From positions 15,810,001-15,874,000 of the forward strand of contig JBHGNT010000012.1 of the NCBI GenBank assembly GCA_043228905.1: a stretch of 64,000 nucleotides of DNA, written 5' to 3'. The translations under genes were made by a program, and so were the position numbers. Source of the stretch: Azolla caroliniana (taxonomy: Eukaryota; Plantae; Polypodiophyta). The notes under the pieces were generated by a model. The model was not told the origin of the DNA. It did no database searches and saw only the letters and a program-made list of their open reading frames with translations. Shown here one piece after another: positions 1-13,100 of the stretch. Position 1 is the first letter of the stretch. Every line of letters starts with the position of its first letter.

Positions 1-1603
1 AGTAGCATATAGTATAGAGATCCACCCATTGCAGGAGTTACCTTTTTTCCAGAGAGGTCGATGTGTATTAGCTGTAGAAGAGTCTTTGTCCGATTTTGAC
101 TCTCTTTTGGAATGGCTGATCTTTGATGCTTGCCCATCATACAAGCATCACAAACATGACTTAAGTTAGATAGGGTTGGCAACCCAACTACCATATTCGA
201 CTTCTTCATCTCCTTCAACACAGCAACATTGAGATGCCCAAATCTCTCATGCCATTGCATTGTGTTAGTACTTGTGTTGTGGTCAGTAGAAATCGTAAAC
301 GCGCTAAGCTCATAGAGATTGTTGCGCCTTACCCCTATTCCTACAACCTTGGCAGCAGAATCTGTTATTTCTGCACCTAACTTCTTGAATCGAACATCAA
401 GACCCTTGTCGGTCAGTGCAAAAATGGACAATAGATTCTTCTTCAGATCTGGCACGTACAACACTTGAGAGAGATGCTTTGTCCCACCAGTCGTTGCTTT
501 GAGGGAGACAATTCCGGTTCCTCTAGCTGGACATCGAGCATTGTTCCCAACCACAACATTGATGGGCTCTTGTAGAGGTGTCCAAGAGTTGTACCAATCA
601 CGATTACTAGTCATATGTCGGGACGCTCCACTATCGAGAATCCAAGAGTCGACGACAACTTGAGTGTCAACTAAAGAACACACTTCTTCAGTTGCGACCC
701 ATAACTCAAGTTCATCTACGACATTGTTGGCGGACTCGGGCTCTCTCCAAGAAGTCATACTAGAACCATTCTTCTCGTCCGCCATCTTCTTCTGACAATC
801 CTTGATTGTGTGACCCATCTTGTCACAGTAGAAACACGATCCATTGAACTTCTTCTTCTTTGGTATCTTATTCGCATTTTTTGAATTGGATGCCCCTTTA
901 CCCTTAGTCCTAGAGACAAATGTTGAATCTTCCCTTCCTTCTCTTGTCTTCAACCGAAGCTCCTCTTCGAGCAGCATTGCACTTAGTTCATCAAATTTTA
1001 AAGGAGTGGTCGAACCTGAGTGTTCAATGTTGTCACAATGCCATCATACTCGAAAGGAAGTACTCGAATGCACTGACGAGCCATATCCTCTGGAGAGACA
1101 ACTACTCCAACAGCCGCCAGTTGATCTTGAAGATCCTTAATCCTTTTTACAAAGGATTCTACTTTCTCTCCATCAGCGAGCTTCTCTGCAGCAAGCTGAT
1201 TTTCGAGGTTCTGTATCCTTGTATAATTTCTAGTTTCATATTGGTTGCCCAATATGCTCCAAGCTTCATGTGCCCTGGTTGTATGTTGCACTAATGTCAG
1301 TACAGAGTCACATACACCAGTGACTATGGTACATAGCGCACCAACATTCCTTCTCTTCCATGCTCGAAGTAGATCAGCATTTGGAGGGATTGATGTGGTA
1401 GGGTGTGTAGGGTCAAAGGTCGCCATGGGCTCAGGGTCTCCTCCAGTGGGTCCCATGATTGTCTCCAACAACTCGTAGGAGTCCAAAATGGTAGACATTT
1501 TGAACTTCCATAGAGTGTAGTTGGTTCCATCTAGCTTTCCATCAAACAATGGAGGTGGGCGAATGCGCAGTGGAGCAGCTGCAACATTCGTGGACAAGGC
1601 CAT
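1..1603 (-). pseudogene. gag-pol: Copia gag-pol 5' part, frameshifted near 1000
   Basis: ORF 998-1687 (likely ATG 1603) has NYTLWKFKM and a UBN2-like region; CFYCDKMGHTIKDC knuckle ~795-840; WILDSGASRHMT protease ~610-645; WHERFGH ~235-255. Confidence 0.85.
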
Positions 1604-1605
1604 TG

Positions 1606-1654
<49 letters not shown>

Positions 1655-1717
1655 TTGTGCTACTCGACAACAACTACCCATATACACCTAATCTAGGTCA
1701 ACCTCACTCTGATACCA

Positions 1718-2053
1718 TGTTAGAAATATTGAGAATCGATTAGATAGGTATATAGAGTTACAATTATAGAGATGAATATATGAAAACAAAACTTCTATTA
1801 CATATAAGAGTAGCTCACAATGGTAGTTTTCCTATGCGCTCACACCTTAGAGCTTAGATAGGATATGGACCAGCTCACTACAAAATTAGTGGGGACTGAT
1901 GATCAATCCAACCACTGTGTAAGAAAGTGGATTATATTCTATGTTTGGTATGTCTTCCCCTAATCTCTATATTGATTTTTTCATGGAGGCTCCATGAGGC
2001 TCAACCATGTATGTTTGCTTCATGAATAGTTTAAACATGAAAACATGTTAACA
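1718..2053 (-). repeat. 5' LTR of Copia C1a
   Basis: Inverted termini TGTTA/TAACA, directly adjacent to the PBS. Confidence 0.75.
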
Positions 2054-3414
2054 ATAAACTATGTCTCTGTGCCCATTGTAAAAGAATAGCGTGTGTGGAA
2101 GCGTAACAGACACAACCGTGTAACATAGATGATGAAGAGAAGGTTTAATGGAAAGCTTTGAACACAACACAATGTATGCAGGAGAGACAAGGAATAAGAG
2201 AGAGAGTGGGCAAAACACACAAAACTTAGATTAAAAAATAACTCTCAATCACTCTATACAAGATGCGCTCAATCGACGCTTTTTATACAAGTCCTTATGG
2301 ACATCAGAGTACTGACACATACTTCAATGCTCATTAATGAGCCTCCTGCACTAACTCCCAAAATTATTCCTTACGAGGAATAACGCTCTAACGTCCTCTC
2401 GGCTTACGCACCGTTACGGCCTTTGTGCGTATGGTTTTACGCACCTAGTCTACGCACTTGGTTACGCACCCATGTCCGCACCCAATGTTGAGCTTGTATC
2501 TCAACACTCCCCCTCAAGCTCAACTTGAGGTTCTGCCTGGTCTTCCGGATCTTCACTACGTCTTCTCTTGGCTTAACGCCTCGCACGCGCTCTTCGACCC
2601 GTTCGATTCCGAGCACCTCGACCCTTCCAGTTGGCTTGTCTACTCGTGTGGCCCTTCTCAGCTCCCTTGTTGTCGCGGTGTTGGCACTTCTTTGGCTGCC
2701 CTTTCCTCGCTTGGCCCTCAGTTGATTCGGCATGTCTGAATCGAACATTTCGATTGAATCGGTCACTTCCGATTCATTTCCACTTACGTCCGAATTGGTT
2801 GTCTCCAATTCATCTTCAGTCTTTAGGCCTTTGACAATGTCAGACCACGTCTTGGTCTTGGCCTTATCGCCCCCTTTTTCGGCTGTCTTCGGCTCTTCCT
2901 TGTGGTTACGCCCCCTGTCATCTTCGGCTTCTTCAGTCGACCCGAAATCGAATTCTTCATCCGACTCGGAATCGCGATGATCACTTCCGCTCCTTTCAAG
3001 CTCACGCTCATGTTCCTGTCTCCACCTCAAGTTCGGCGTGTCGAGGTGGCACAACCCAAGTGCTTCCGAGAATTTCCGCAACTTGTCGAGGCCAAGTGGT
3101 TTGGTGAATATGTCGCCAATCTGCCGACCTGTTGGAACATATGCTAGTTTGACTTCACCGGAGAGGACACACTCACGGACAAAATGGTAATGCACCTCAA
3201 TGTGCTTGGTCCGAGAGTGAAATACAGGGTTTTTTGCAAGTTGGATACTGCTGAGGTTGTCGCAATAGTTTGTCGTCTGAGCAGACACCTCCACATGCAA
3301 ATCCCGTAATAGCCGTTTTAGCCAAATGACTTCTCACATAGCGACAATTGCCCCTCAATATTCGGCATCCGTGTTCGACAATGCTACTATCGACTGCTTC
3401 TTACTGCTCCACGC
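2054..3414 (-). mobile_element. Copia C1b 3' end: RNase H, C-terminal extension, PPT and part of the 3' LTR (2054-2506)
   Basis: AWSSKKQSIVALS and CDNLSSIQLAKNPVFHSRTKHIEVHYHFVRE RNase H motifs; PPT CTTGAGGGGGAG abuts LTR start TGTTGAG at 2506; RNase H is cut at 3415 by a Gypsy LTR. Confidence 0.85.
2437..3414 (-). pseudogene. pol: Copia RNase H C-terminus with a ~170-aa charged extension
   Basis: ORF 2437-3300 plus upstream RNase H codons containing a stop. Confidence 0.8.
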
Positions 3415-3479
3415 TATCGCGTTGTTACGCGCGTGCGTGGGGAAAGAGGGGGGACCATGGGGGTCTCGGACCAAGGAGG

Positions 3480-3530
<51 letters not shown>

Positions 3531-4100
3531 GTACACAGAGAGAGATTAAGAGCAAGAAAAACAGGAATATGATTACTATAGTTAGTAGCTTACAACCGGC
3601 AACCCGACAACGGACCCGACACGGGGTCCTACTCACGCACACCGACAACAGCCACATGACTCGAAGAAACAAGAGGGGAAAGGGGATGGAGAGAGACTCT
3701 GCTGGAAGCACACGGGCTGTCCACGAAGCAGAGGCAGCGAACTCCCGACAGCCGCAGAGAATGACGATTTGAGGAGAGAGAGAGACCGGCACTCAGTTCT
3801 GTCGCAGCACTTCGTCCTCGCCAACACGCGATCCCTTTCTCTCCCTTCTCTCCTCTCCTTAAATAGTTCCCAAAAGGGGGTGCCCTTTCTCCCTAGTCAA
3901 ATCACTTTATTCCCTGCCTCTTCTGACAGAGATACGCACAATCCCCTAATAAATGTGTACTACTTAGTATTTACATCAGCCGATCCATTTATGAATCAAG
4001 TACAAAATATCAAAATATCAATTCATGCGCCCATCCGTGTAAGAGCCGGTTCATGCGCCTGTTTCTCCGATTCCGCCTATGCCCGGTTTTCTTCACGACA
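3415..4100 (-). repeat. 3' LTR of G1 (686 bp, contains (GA)n)
   Basis: Begins TATCGCGTTG (TGTCGCGTTG in the 5' copy), ends TTCACGACA; next to purine-rich GGTGAGGGTGGA on the minus strand. Confidence 0.9.
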
Positions 4101-4169
4101 TCCACCCTCACCAAACCGCGCATCCACCGGCATGCGCCAGAGACAGGTAGATACCGAAGAAAACCGGCT

Positions 4170-7100
4170 TCACTCGTCGTTCTCCGATTCTCCGCCGGGC
4201 CCAAACTGATCGTCGTTGTCGCTCCCACTCGCAGGCTCCGGCTTGTCTTCGAACCGCTTCTTGAACGCTTTGATCCGCTTCCCGTCCATCGGCACCGCTA
4301 ACCGTGTCCCGTCGAGTTCCGCAAGGTGGTACGTGTCGTTGTCGTTCGCGCTCGTCACCGTGTAGGGCCCGAACCATCTCCTAGCGAACTTTCGCACCGC
4401 CTTGTGCTGATTGTCGAGGTTGCTATCGTATACCAAGACCCAGTCGCCTTCCTCGATCTTCTTTGGTCGCAACCAGTGCGTCCGGTTGAACCGGGTCTTG
4501 TTCCACTCCCTTGCCACTCGCAGCTTTTGCTTCACCTGTTTCACGTCCTCCGGCCTCCGCTCGAGTGGCCGAATCCGCGCCGCCAACAACTCCTCCCGGC
4601 TCATTTCGTCCTTCCAATCTACCGTCACCCATGAAGAAACCGTCCGTTCCACCGACATGATCGGCTTCTGTCCATACATCAGCTCTGTCGACATAAACCC
4701 TGTCACCGAACTGTGCGTAGTTCAGTCCGCCCATAGTGCGTAAGGAAGGAGCCGCGGCCAATTCCCGACCTGCCCTCCGCATGCACGCACCAACGCCTTT
4801 ACGATCGGCCCGTGCCCACATTCTACCTTTCTGTTCACCTTCGGATTGTACGCCGTAGTGAGGGAGAGTTTGACGCCTAGCCGGTCAAACAGCTCCTCAG
4901 CTTCCCGCGCATCCAGCTCTCCCCGGTCCGCCACGATCCTCCCGACGCACCCATACCGACACACTACCTCTTCGATCAGGAACCAGCATACCGCCGCGGT
5001 TGTCTTGTTCTGCAGTGCATGACCTTCCACATGGTTCGTTAAGTCTTCCCGTGCAAGCACCAGGTATCGCATCTGTCCTACTCCCATCGGCATCGTCACC
5101 AAGTCCACCATCCACTTGAAATGGACCGTAGGCGGGTAGGTCAGGTGTAGCTCGTCCCGGTGTCGAACCGTGGAGTGCATCTGACAGCTTTCGCAAGTCG
5201 TTACGAACAGATGCATGTCATGGTACAACCCCGGCCACCAGTACTTCTCCTTCAGCTTCTTGAACGTGGCCCACGTTCCGCGGTGCCCGGCCCAGGGACT
5301 CTCGTGAAATGCCACCAGTAGTTCCTCCTGTTCTTCTTTCTTTGTCACTACTCGGAGTGGGATGCCGTTTCTCTTCTTTGGGTGCCTCCATATGCACTTG
5401 TCCCACAGGAAGAATCAGTACGCCTTCTTCTGTACCCGGCTCGCCTCTTCTCTCGTCCATGCTGCATTCGGCGTCATCGTCCATAGGAACCTCCCGATTT
5501 GGAGCCACTCCCCGTCGTACCTGCTTTCGTCAAATTCGTTAAGCGCCAAAGTGTCCCTTTCCCTCGTCGCTACGTTAGCCGACCCGAAGAAGTCCTCTTC
5601 AACTTCTTCGTCATCCGAAACCATGTCGTTTTCGTCGTTGAACCTTGCTCTCGAAAGCATGTCGGCCATGGCGTTATCCTTTCCGGAGATGTGCCGTATC
5701 TCCGGGTTCAGGGACTTAATGTACGCTATCCACCGGAGCATTGCTAGGTCCGGCATCACGCATCTGGAAACCATGCCTAGTATCGGCAGGCAGTCCGTCT
5801 CGACGATCACCTCCGTCCCGATCAGATAGTCCTTGTCGGCCTTGACTGCCGAAACGACGCCCCAAAGCTTGCGCTTAACTTGGGCATATCCTCGTTGCCG
5901 CTCGGTCAATACCTTCGCCCCGAACCGGATCGGGAATCGTACGTCGTCCTTGTGCTCCTGACTGATTACCCACCCGATCCCGGTCGGGCTGGTGTCCAGC
6001 GTCACGCAAATGGGGACATCCTTGCTATAAACCGCTTTACGGAGAGCCGGCGCTACCGTAAGCGCCTCCTTTAGTCTCCGTATCGACTCCGTGTGCTCCG
6101 CCCTCCACTCAAAGCTACGCCCTTTTTCAATAGTCCGTAGAGGGGTTCCGCGACATGTGCGTAGTGCGGGATCTAGATGTGGTAGAACACGCATGCTCCC
6201 AAGAATCTACGGACCTCCGTGACCGAACTGCAGTCATGCTTCATCGCGGAGATGGCTTCCACCTTGGCCGGAGACAGTTTCCAACCATATGGTTCGCATA
6301 GGTGCCCGACGACCATGATCTCTGATTGCCCGAAGGCTGATTTTTCCCCGAAGAAGGTGAGCCTCGCGCCTTCTAGCCTCTGCAGCACCTTCTTGCAGTC
6401 ATCGATGTGAGTTGCCACGAAATTCTGACATCCGTCCGGTCTGATTGCCTCGTCCTTTTCCTCCACCGGGCATCCCCTGATGGGGATGTCGTCTAAGAAT
6501 GGCATGGTGATGTCCGGGATACAATCCCTGAGCACTTTGTTCATCACGTTCACCATGTGAGCCACTGAGTTTGTCCCTCCTTGTGGTAGGGTACACATCC
6601 GCACTAGGCCGAGAGGGGTCCGCATCGTCGTAATGTCTCTGCTCTCCACGGCTTGTTGGAACTGATCGTACCCCGAGTACAGATCACCGACAGAGTAAAT
6701 CGACCTTCCGGCAAAGGCCTCCGCGAACTCATCTATGGTTGGTCCGATTCCTGCGTTACGGATGGTCACCTTGTTGACTGGTTGCAGGTCCTGAATGAAG
6801 CGCAGCGTGCTGATCTTCTTCAGCACCGTAAACCACCGATTCGAATACGGGGCACTCGACGGTTCGAGGATGCCCATCTCCACCTTTTGCTTCAGAAGCT
6901 CCATCAACTTCGGGATGTGAGCTCTCGGCACTGGAATTGGTTTGAGATTCCACGGTACATGCGGTACCGTGAAGATCACCATCGGTTCGACAATCGTCGG
7001 GTCCACGCACCCGATCTCCTCCGGCGAGAACGCGAAGGCTTTCCCATGCCTTCCGAGCATTCTCTGAAACCTGTCCTCCTCCGCCGGCAGTAGAAAGCCA

Positions 7101-7636
7101 CCCCCACCAACCTTGAGCTCCCGTAGCGTTATGTCGGTGAACCGGTGCCCTATGCCAGCCGGATTCCGTAAACTCGGGTCCGACGCGACCCCTCTTATCC
7201 GCTCCTCGCTGCCCTTCGGCAAGGGTGCCACTACTGGCCTCACCTTCCGGTCCACAGTCTTGTACTTTGTATCCACGCGGGCCGTCCGATCCGACCCGAT
7301 CCTTTCTCCGAAGTCTGCGATGACTTCGTACATTCCCATTGAACCTACAGGAACGGTCCGGTCTTCTCTAAGGTCGTCACCGATCACCTTTCACAGTTCG
7401 CCCAAGGTGTCATCAAAAGAGACCGCCTCCACGGCGCCGCTGACGTCTTCGTCGGGGGAGAGGACTCTGCATCCCCTGAGCCGCTCCTCTGCTCGCTTCC
7501 TCTCCCGGCCGCTGACGCCGGTTATAGTATAACCTCCGTTTTCGGAGAACCAAAACTTCCTACCTACTGTACATGTGTGGGGTTCTTCCGGTACATCCGG
7601 ACTACCGCGGCCCCACGCCCTGATAGCCCTCTCTAA
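4170..7636 (-). pseudogene. pol: G1 pol: RT-RNase H-integrase, several stops/frameshifts, no chromodomain
   Basis: DLYSGYDQ, LPQGGTNS, FLDD (RT); DTSPTGIG (RNase H); H-x5-GH..CESC zinc finger and ADRGE core (integrase); WFGPY (GPY/F-like). Confidence 0.9.
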
Positions 7637-9528
7637 AAATCCCCTCGCCTGCCGCCACCGAGGGTCTCGCGATTCCTCTCATGGTTCGGTCGTATGGTCA
7701 TGAATTGGATGGAATGCCGACCGTCCTGGCTCTTGACGCGCGTGTACGCCGAACCGTTGTCCAGCACTTTCGTCTCCATGCGCGCTGCCGTAATGTATGG
7801 TTCGTCGAGAATCACTGGGTGCGAGGATATTTCCTGCACAAAGAAATGTTGATCTATCTCGACGTCACCGACCTTTACGCTTATATTTGGGCACGCCCCA
7901 TGCAGCTCCTCCGTAGCACGCGTCGCCGCGCGTATCCTCCACCCGTGCTTGGTGTTGATCGGCCATTTACCCCTCTTGTAGAAATCCATGGACATCAGGT
8001 TGATTTCAGATCCATGGTCTACCAAGGCCACCACCAGTTCCGGAACGTCGCCGATCCGCACAGGGGTTTCCGTAGTTGCCCTGGCCCAATGCGGCTTCGC
8101 GTAGTGGCTTTCCACCAACTCGTCTTCTAGGGTTGCGTCCTCTATGTGCGTTGTTCGCACTTCCACCGGCTTCTCCGGCTCTGGCTTCGTCGACAACCTT
8201 TTCCTCTTCACCAAGTCTACGATGGAGTTGTGGAACTCCTTCTTGGCGATCCCGAGCACTTCCCTCAACGACAGCTCCACTTTGCTGTCGAGGATACGTT
8301 CCTCCAGGACCTTTCGCAGGTCTGTGGTCCTTTCAATTTCGGTGCTCAACCGAAACCCCACCTGCTTCTTTCCGTCCAGCGCACTTGGCTTGCCGGCACT
8401 GGTCGGTTTCGGTCTGAACCGGGTCTCATACCTCTGCAGGGAACCCACCCTCCCGTCCTTTCCTGCCCGTTTGTCTTCCTCCAGAACCTCCAGGTTCTGG
8501 CAAGCGCCTTCTACGAAGCTCGTTTTCTCTTCGACCGGATCGTCCCATCCGGTGACCTCTTGGACCCGTTGTTCCGCGCGGTCCGCCTCCTCCTTCTTTA
8601 ACCGAACTCCGGAGAAGCCTGCTAGCACTAGTGGCCAGAATCCAGAGTCCTTCACCTTTCGGGACCCGAATTCTCGCTGACACTGAGTAGTTAACGGCTT
8701 CAACGTGCCGTGCCGCGGCCTCTTCCATCAACCTCTTCATTCCGTCGCGCCCCGTATTTAGTTCTAGGGCTCTCCGGGTCTCGCTCGCGTGCACCCGCCC
8801 GTTCCAGAGGTACACCACGTTGGTCCTGAGCGCGTCAACGAAATCTGCGCAATCCTTCCGAATGTGACCGATCGCGTCACACCACATGCACCGCTGTCTC
8901 TCCGGGCCTGTGCGATCTGCAGGTCGCGCACCATCTGTGTCAACTCCTCTAGAGCTGCTCCTCCGGATGGGCCTCTGACCACGTCATTCGATGCCGACCC
9001 CGACTCTAGCCAGATTCGGGTCTCTTCCTTCCTACCGGCCAGCACCGATACCAGCTCCTCGAGCCTCCTCGTCGGGACCGGCCCTGACCCCGACGAGCTT
9101 CCGTCGCTCCAATCGCGCCGTTTGTCGAAACGGCTGCAGACCCGTTTTACCGCGGCCTAGTCTGCCGTGAGCCCTTCGTCTGTTTCCAATAGGGGGCCCA
9201 CCTTTTCCCTGTCGAGTGCATCCACCGACTTGACAAATAGTAGTACTCGACTCGTTTCGAGCACGGTCCGGTCCAGCGTTGACAGCCGCGCGAACCGTTT
9301 TTCGAACTCCTGGAGGAGCGCCGACGTGTTCCTCCCTTTTCCGGGGCTTTCCACCCACGCCACGAAGTCCCGCCTCAACAGCCGAAGCGAGTCGTCAAAC
9401 CCGTACTTCTCGAGGAGCTGCAGCTCAAACTCCTCCCAAGTCTAGCATCCGGCCAACACCTCGACCACCTCCGCGTGGATGCTCAGCGTCACCACCCGAG
9501 GGAATCTGGACAGCCGCCTATCCACCAG
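7633..9528 (-). pseudogene. gag: G1 gag (3' part) and aspartic protease; 5' gag lies at 14951-15131
   Basis: CMWCDAIGHIRKDC knuckle; ALVDHGSEINLM protease; homologous to ORF 47537-49495. Confidence 0.85.
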
Positions 9529-9533
9529 GATAT

Positions 9534-10182
9534 TGTAAGGAATCGACACTTACATTCACCTTCTTCGCTCGGCCACAACCGAGTAAGCACGAATCGATGG
9601 AGCAGAAAATAGGAACCACAAAGAGAAACAAACAAAACGCGAACACAGGGATTAACGTGGAAAACCCTAGATGGGAAAAACCACGGGAGTACAAGACTCC
9701 AAATCAACACTATACAGAGAAGTATACAATGGCGAGCTGCAAGGCAACGACCTTGAGCTCGCTTTCTTCGCCACAGGCGGCGGAAATACACAGAGGCGTC
9801 GACCTCTTCCTCTCTCACGCTCTTTCTTTCTCTCTTTCTCACGGCTGCTCTCTCTTCACACCTCTAGAGTGGAAAAACAGAAAAATGAGAAGCAACAGTA
9901 AAACTGTTTGCCCTAAGTCATATTTATACACATATGACTTTGGGGCTATTTACAACTATAGCCTCAAGGGCCCTTGGCAAACATATTCACAGATATGTCC
10001 CCGCATCCGGATCTCTCTCCGGGTACATTCGGCATCCGGCTCCGTAGCCGGGGTCTTCATCATCCGGATCCGAAACCGGGTCTTCGTCATCCGGTTCCAA
10101 TACCGGGTACTCCTCATTCGGGTCTTCATTCCCGATTCCCGGACATCTGATCATCCCATCCGGAGGGACCGTAATCCCTACA
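9534..10182 (-). repeat. 3' LTR of C2 (27-bp CCGG-rich U3 repeats ~10030-10145)
   Basis: Near-identical to 14297-14945. Confidence 0.95.
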
Positions 10183-10192
10183 AACTCCCCCT

Positions 10193-13100
10193 TCACTTCG
10201 GCATGGGATGTCTTTCCAGTCCGACCCTCTTCCGGCACGCTTCCAGCTTGTCGGGTGTGAGCACTTTGGTCAGCATATCTGACCCGTTCTCGTCCGTGTG
10301 GATCTTCGTCAGCACGAACTCCTGGTCTTCTATCCTTTCCCGGATCCAATGATATCTTCGCTGGATGTGCTTCGTCCGGGAGTGATAGGCCGCATTCTTC
10401 GCAAGGTGGATGGCACTCTGACTGTCGCAGTAGAGTCGGTACTCCTCCTGCTGGATACCGAGCTCTCTAATGAAGTCCTTCATCCATATTATTTCCTTGC
10501 CGGCTTCAACAGCCGCCATGTACTCCGCCTCCGTGGTTGACAACGCAACCGTCTTCTGCAGCCTCGATTGCCATGAAACAGCCCCCCCTGCATACGTCAT
10601 CACATACCCTGATGTGGACCGGCTGGTATCTGCATCAGCCGACATATCCGAATCGGTGAAGCCGTCGAGTTCGGGCTTACCGGAGCCGAATCGGAGGCAC
10701 ACGTTTGTCGTGCCCTTCAGGTATCGGAGTATCCACTTGACCGCGTTCCAGTGCTCTTTGCCGGGATTGCTCATGTACCGGCTTACCACTCCGACTGCAT
10801 ATCCTATGTCCGGTCGGGTACACACCATCGCGTACATCAAGCTCCCGACGGCAGAGGCATATGGTACTTTCATCATGTCCTCCTTCTCAGCCTTTGTCTT
10901 GGGGCTTTGCTTGCTGGACAGCTTGCAGTTTGCCGGGAGGGTTGATCCGACCGGTCTAGCTTCCGACATGTTGAACCGGTGAAGCACCTTTGTCACGTAC
11001 TTCTCCTGTGACAGCCACAACTGCTTCTTCTTCCGGTCCCGGATGATGTGCATCCCTAGTATTTGCCTCGCCGGACCCAGGTCCTTCATTGAGAAGGTTC
11101 GATGAAGAGCCTTCTTCAGCATCCGTATCTTGACCTGGTCTCGTCCGACGATCAACATGTCGTCCACGTACAGGAGGAGTATTAGAAAGTCTCCTCCTTC
11201 GAACTTCTTCACAAACACGCAGTGGTCAGACTGCGTTTTGAGGTACCCTTCGTCGGTCATGAAGGAGTCGAACTTCCGGTACCATTGCCGGGGAGCCTGT
11301 TTCAGTCCGTAAAGGCTCTTCTTCAACCGGCACACCAGGTGCTCCTTCCCTTTCTTCTCGAATCCTTCCGGTTGCTGCATGTAGATCTCTTCATCGAGGT
11401 CACCGTGAAGGAATGCCGTCTTCACGTCCATCTGTTCTATTTCGAGGTCCATGCTTGCCGCTATGCTCAGCACCGTCCGGATGGAGGTCATCTTCACTAC
11501 CGGGGCAAATATCTCGTCGAAGTCGACGCCCTTCTTCTGTTGAAACCCCTTCACCACGATCCTGGCTTTGTATCTCGGGGGGTTTCCGGCATCTCCCGAT
11601 TTCAGCTTGAACACCCACTTGTTTCGAAGTGCCCGCTTTCCTTTCGGCAACTCCACAAGTTCATATGTGTGGTTCTCATGCAGGGAATCCATCTCGTCCT
11701 GCATGGCACTTAACCACCTGCGGCTATGGGTGTCATGCTTTGCTTCTTCCAAGCTCTCCGGCTCCCCCTCGTCGGTTAGCAGCACGTGCTCTGGTTCCGG
11801 AAATCTCCGGGGGGCCCTTCTCTCTCTTAGAGGATATCTCCGTTCCGGAGCTTCGGTAACCGGTTCTTCCGATTCTTCTTCATCCGAATCCATTGCGGGA
11901 TCGGGGCCGGTTCCGGTATCATTTTCGTCTTCTTCGGCCGGTTCTATTTCTTCACCGTCTTCGGCCAGATCCTCGAGTGCTAACCGGTCCCTTGCCGGTC
12001 GGGACTGCTCCTCGTAGAGTTGATCCTCACCGGTCGACTTTGAGCTCTTCATCTTCTTCTCCGACTCCCAGTCGGCAAGTGTCTTGTCCTCCATGAAGAT
12101 GATGTCTCGACTCCTGAATATCTTCTTGTCGACCGGGTCCCATACTCGGTAGCCGAACTCGTCGTCGCCGTAACCGAGGAATATGCATGGCCGGGTCTTT
12201 GGATCTAGCTTTCCTCTCCGGTCCTTTGCCACATGCACGTATGCGAGACACCCGAACACCTTCAGATGCCGGTAGGATACTTCCCTACCGGTCCACACTC
12301 TCTGCGGCGTGTCTCCGTCCAAAGGTACTGAGGGTGATCTATTTATCACATATGTCGCCGTCGACATTGCCTCAGCCCAAAATCCCTTGGGTAATTTCGC
12401 ATGCGCCAGCATACTCCGGACCCTCTCCATTATGGTCCGGTTCATCCTCTCGGCCAGCCCGTTCAGTTCCGGCGTCTTCGGCACAGTAAACTCGAGCCGG
12501 ATTCCCTTCGAGCGACAGTACTCCTGGAACTGCCCCCGGTATTCCCCTCCGTTATCCGCTCGTATCGCTTTCAGCTTCTTGCCGGATTCTCTTTCCACTC
12601 TCGCGTGGAGTTCTTTGAAGACGGACAACACTCGGTCCTTTGTCTTCAACGGTGCCGTCCACAGCTTCCGGCTGTGATCATCTATGAATGTTACGAAGTA
12701 CTGGGCTCCGCCATGTGACTTCGTTTCTACTTGACACACGTCAGTATGCACCAGCTCCAATGGTGCACTACGTCTCGTCGGTGGCCTTGAGTGGAAGGAG
12801 GTCCGGTTTTGCTTACCGGCCAGGCAGTCGGTGCACTTCTCCAGGTGCACATGCTTCACTGGAATAAGGTTGTCTTCTGCAAGCCTCTTCATCCCCTTCT
12901 CACTCATGTGGCACAGCCTCTTGTGCCACAGCTCACCGGCAGTGTCGGCTGCCACATTCAACTCCTCCGGACATAGCCGGGAATTCATCAGGTACAGTGT
13001 GTTGACCTTCCGGGCCCGAGCCACTATCAAGCTCCCCTTGCTGAACTTCATGACACCGTTCCGGATGCTACCCGTGTAGCCTTCATCGTCTAGCCTCCCG

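Larger units (their letters stand above)
1..2053 (-). mobile_element. Ty1/Copia element C1a: 5' LTR plus gag/protease/start of integrase; continues left of the window
   Basis: LTR 1718-2053 (TGTTA..TAACA); iMet-type PBS (plus strand CTCTGATACCA, 1707-1717); Copia gag, zinc knuckle, protease and GAG-pre-integrase motifs downstream on the minus strand. Confidence 0.88.

Noticed and set aside
9279-10352. Long plus-strand ORFs over the C2 LTRs (also 14069-14959)
   Set aside because: They are antisense, cross insertion junctions and show no recognisable domain.
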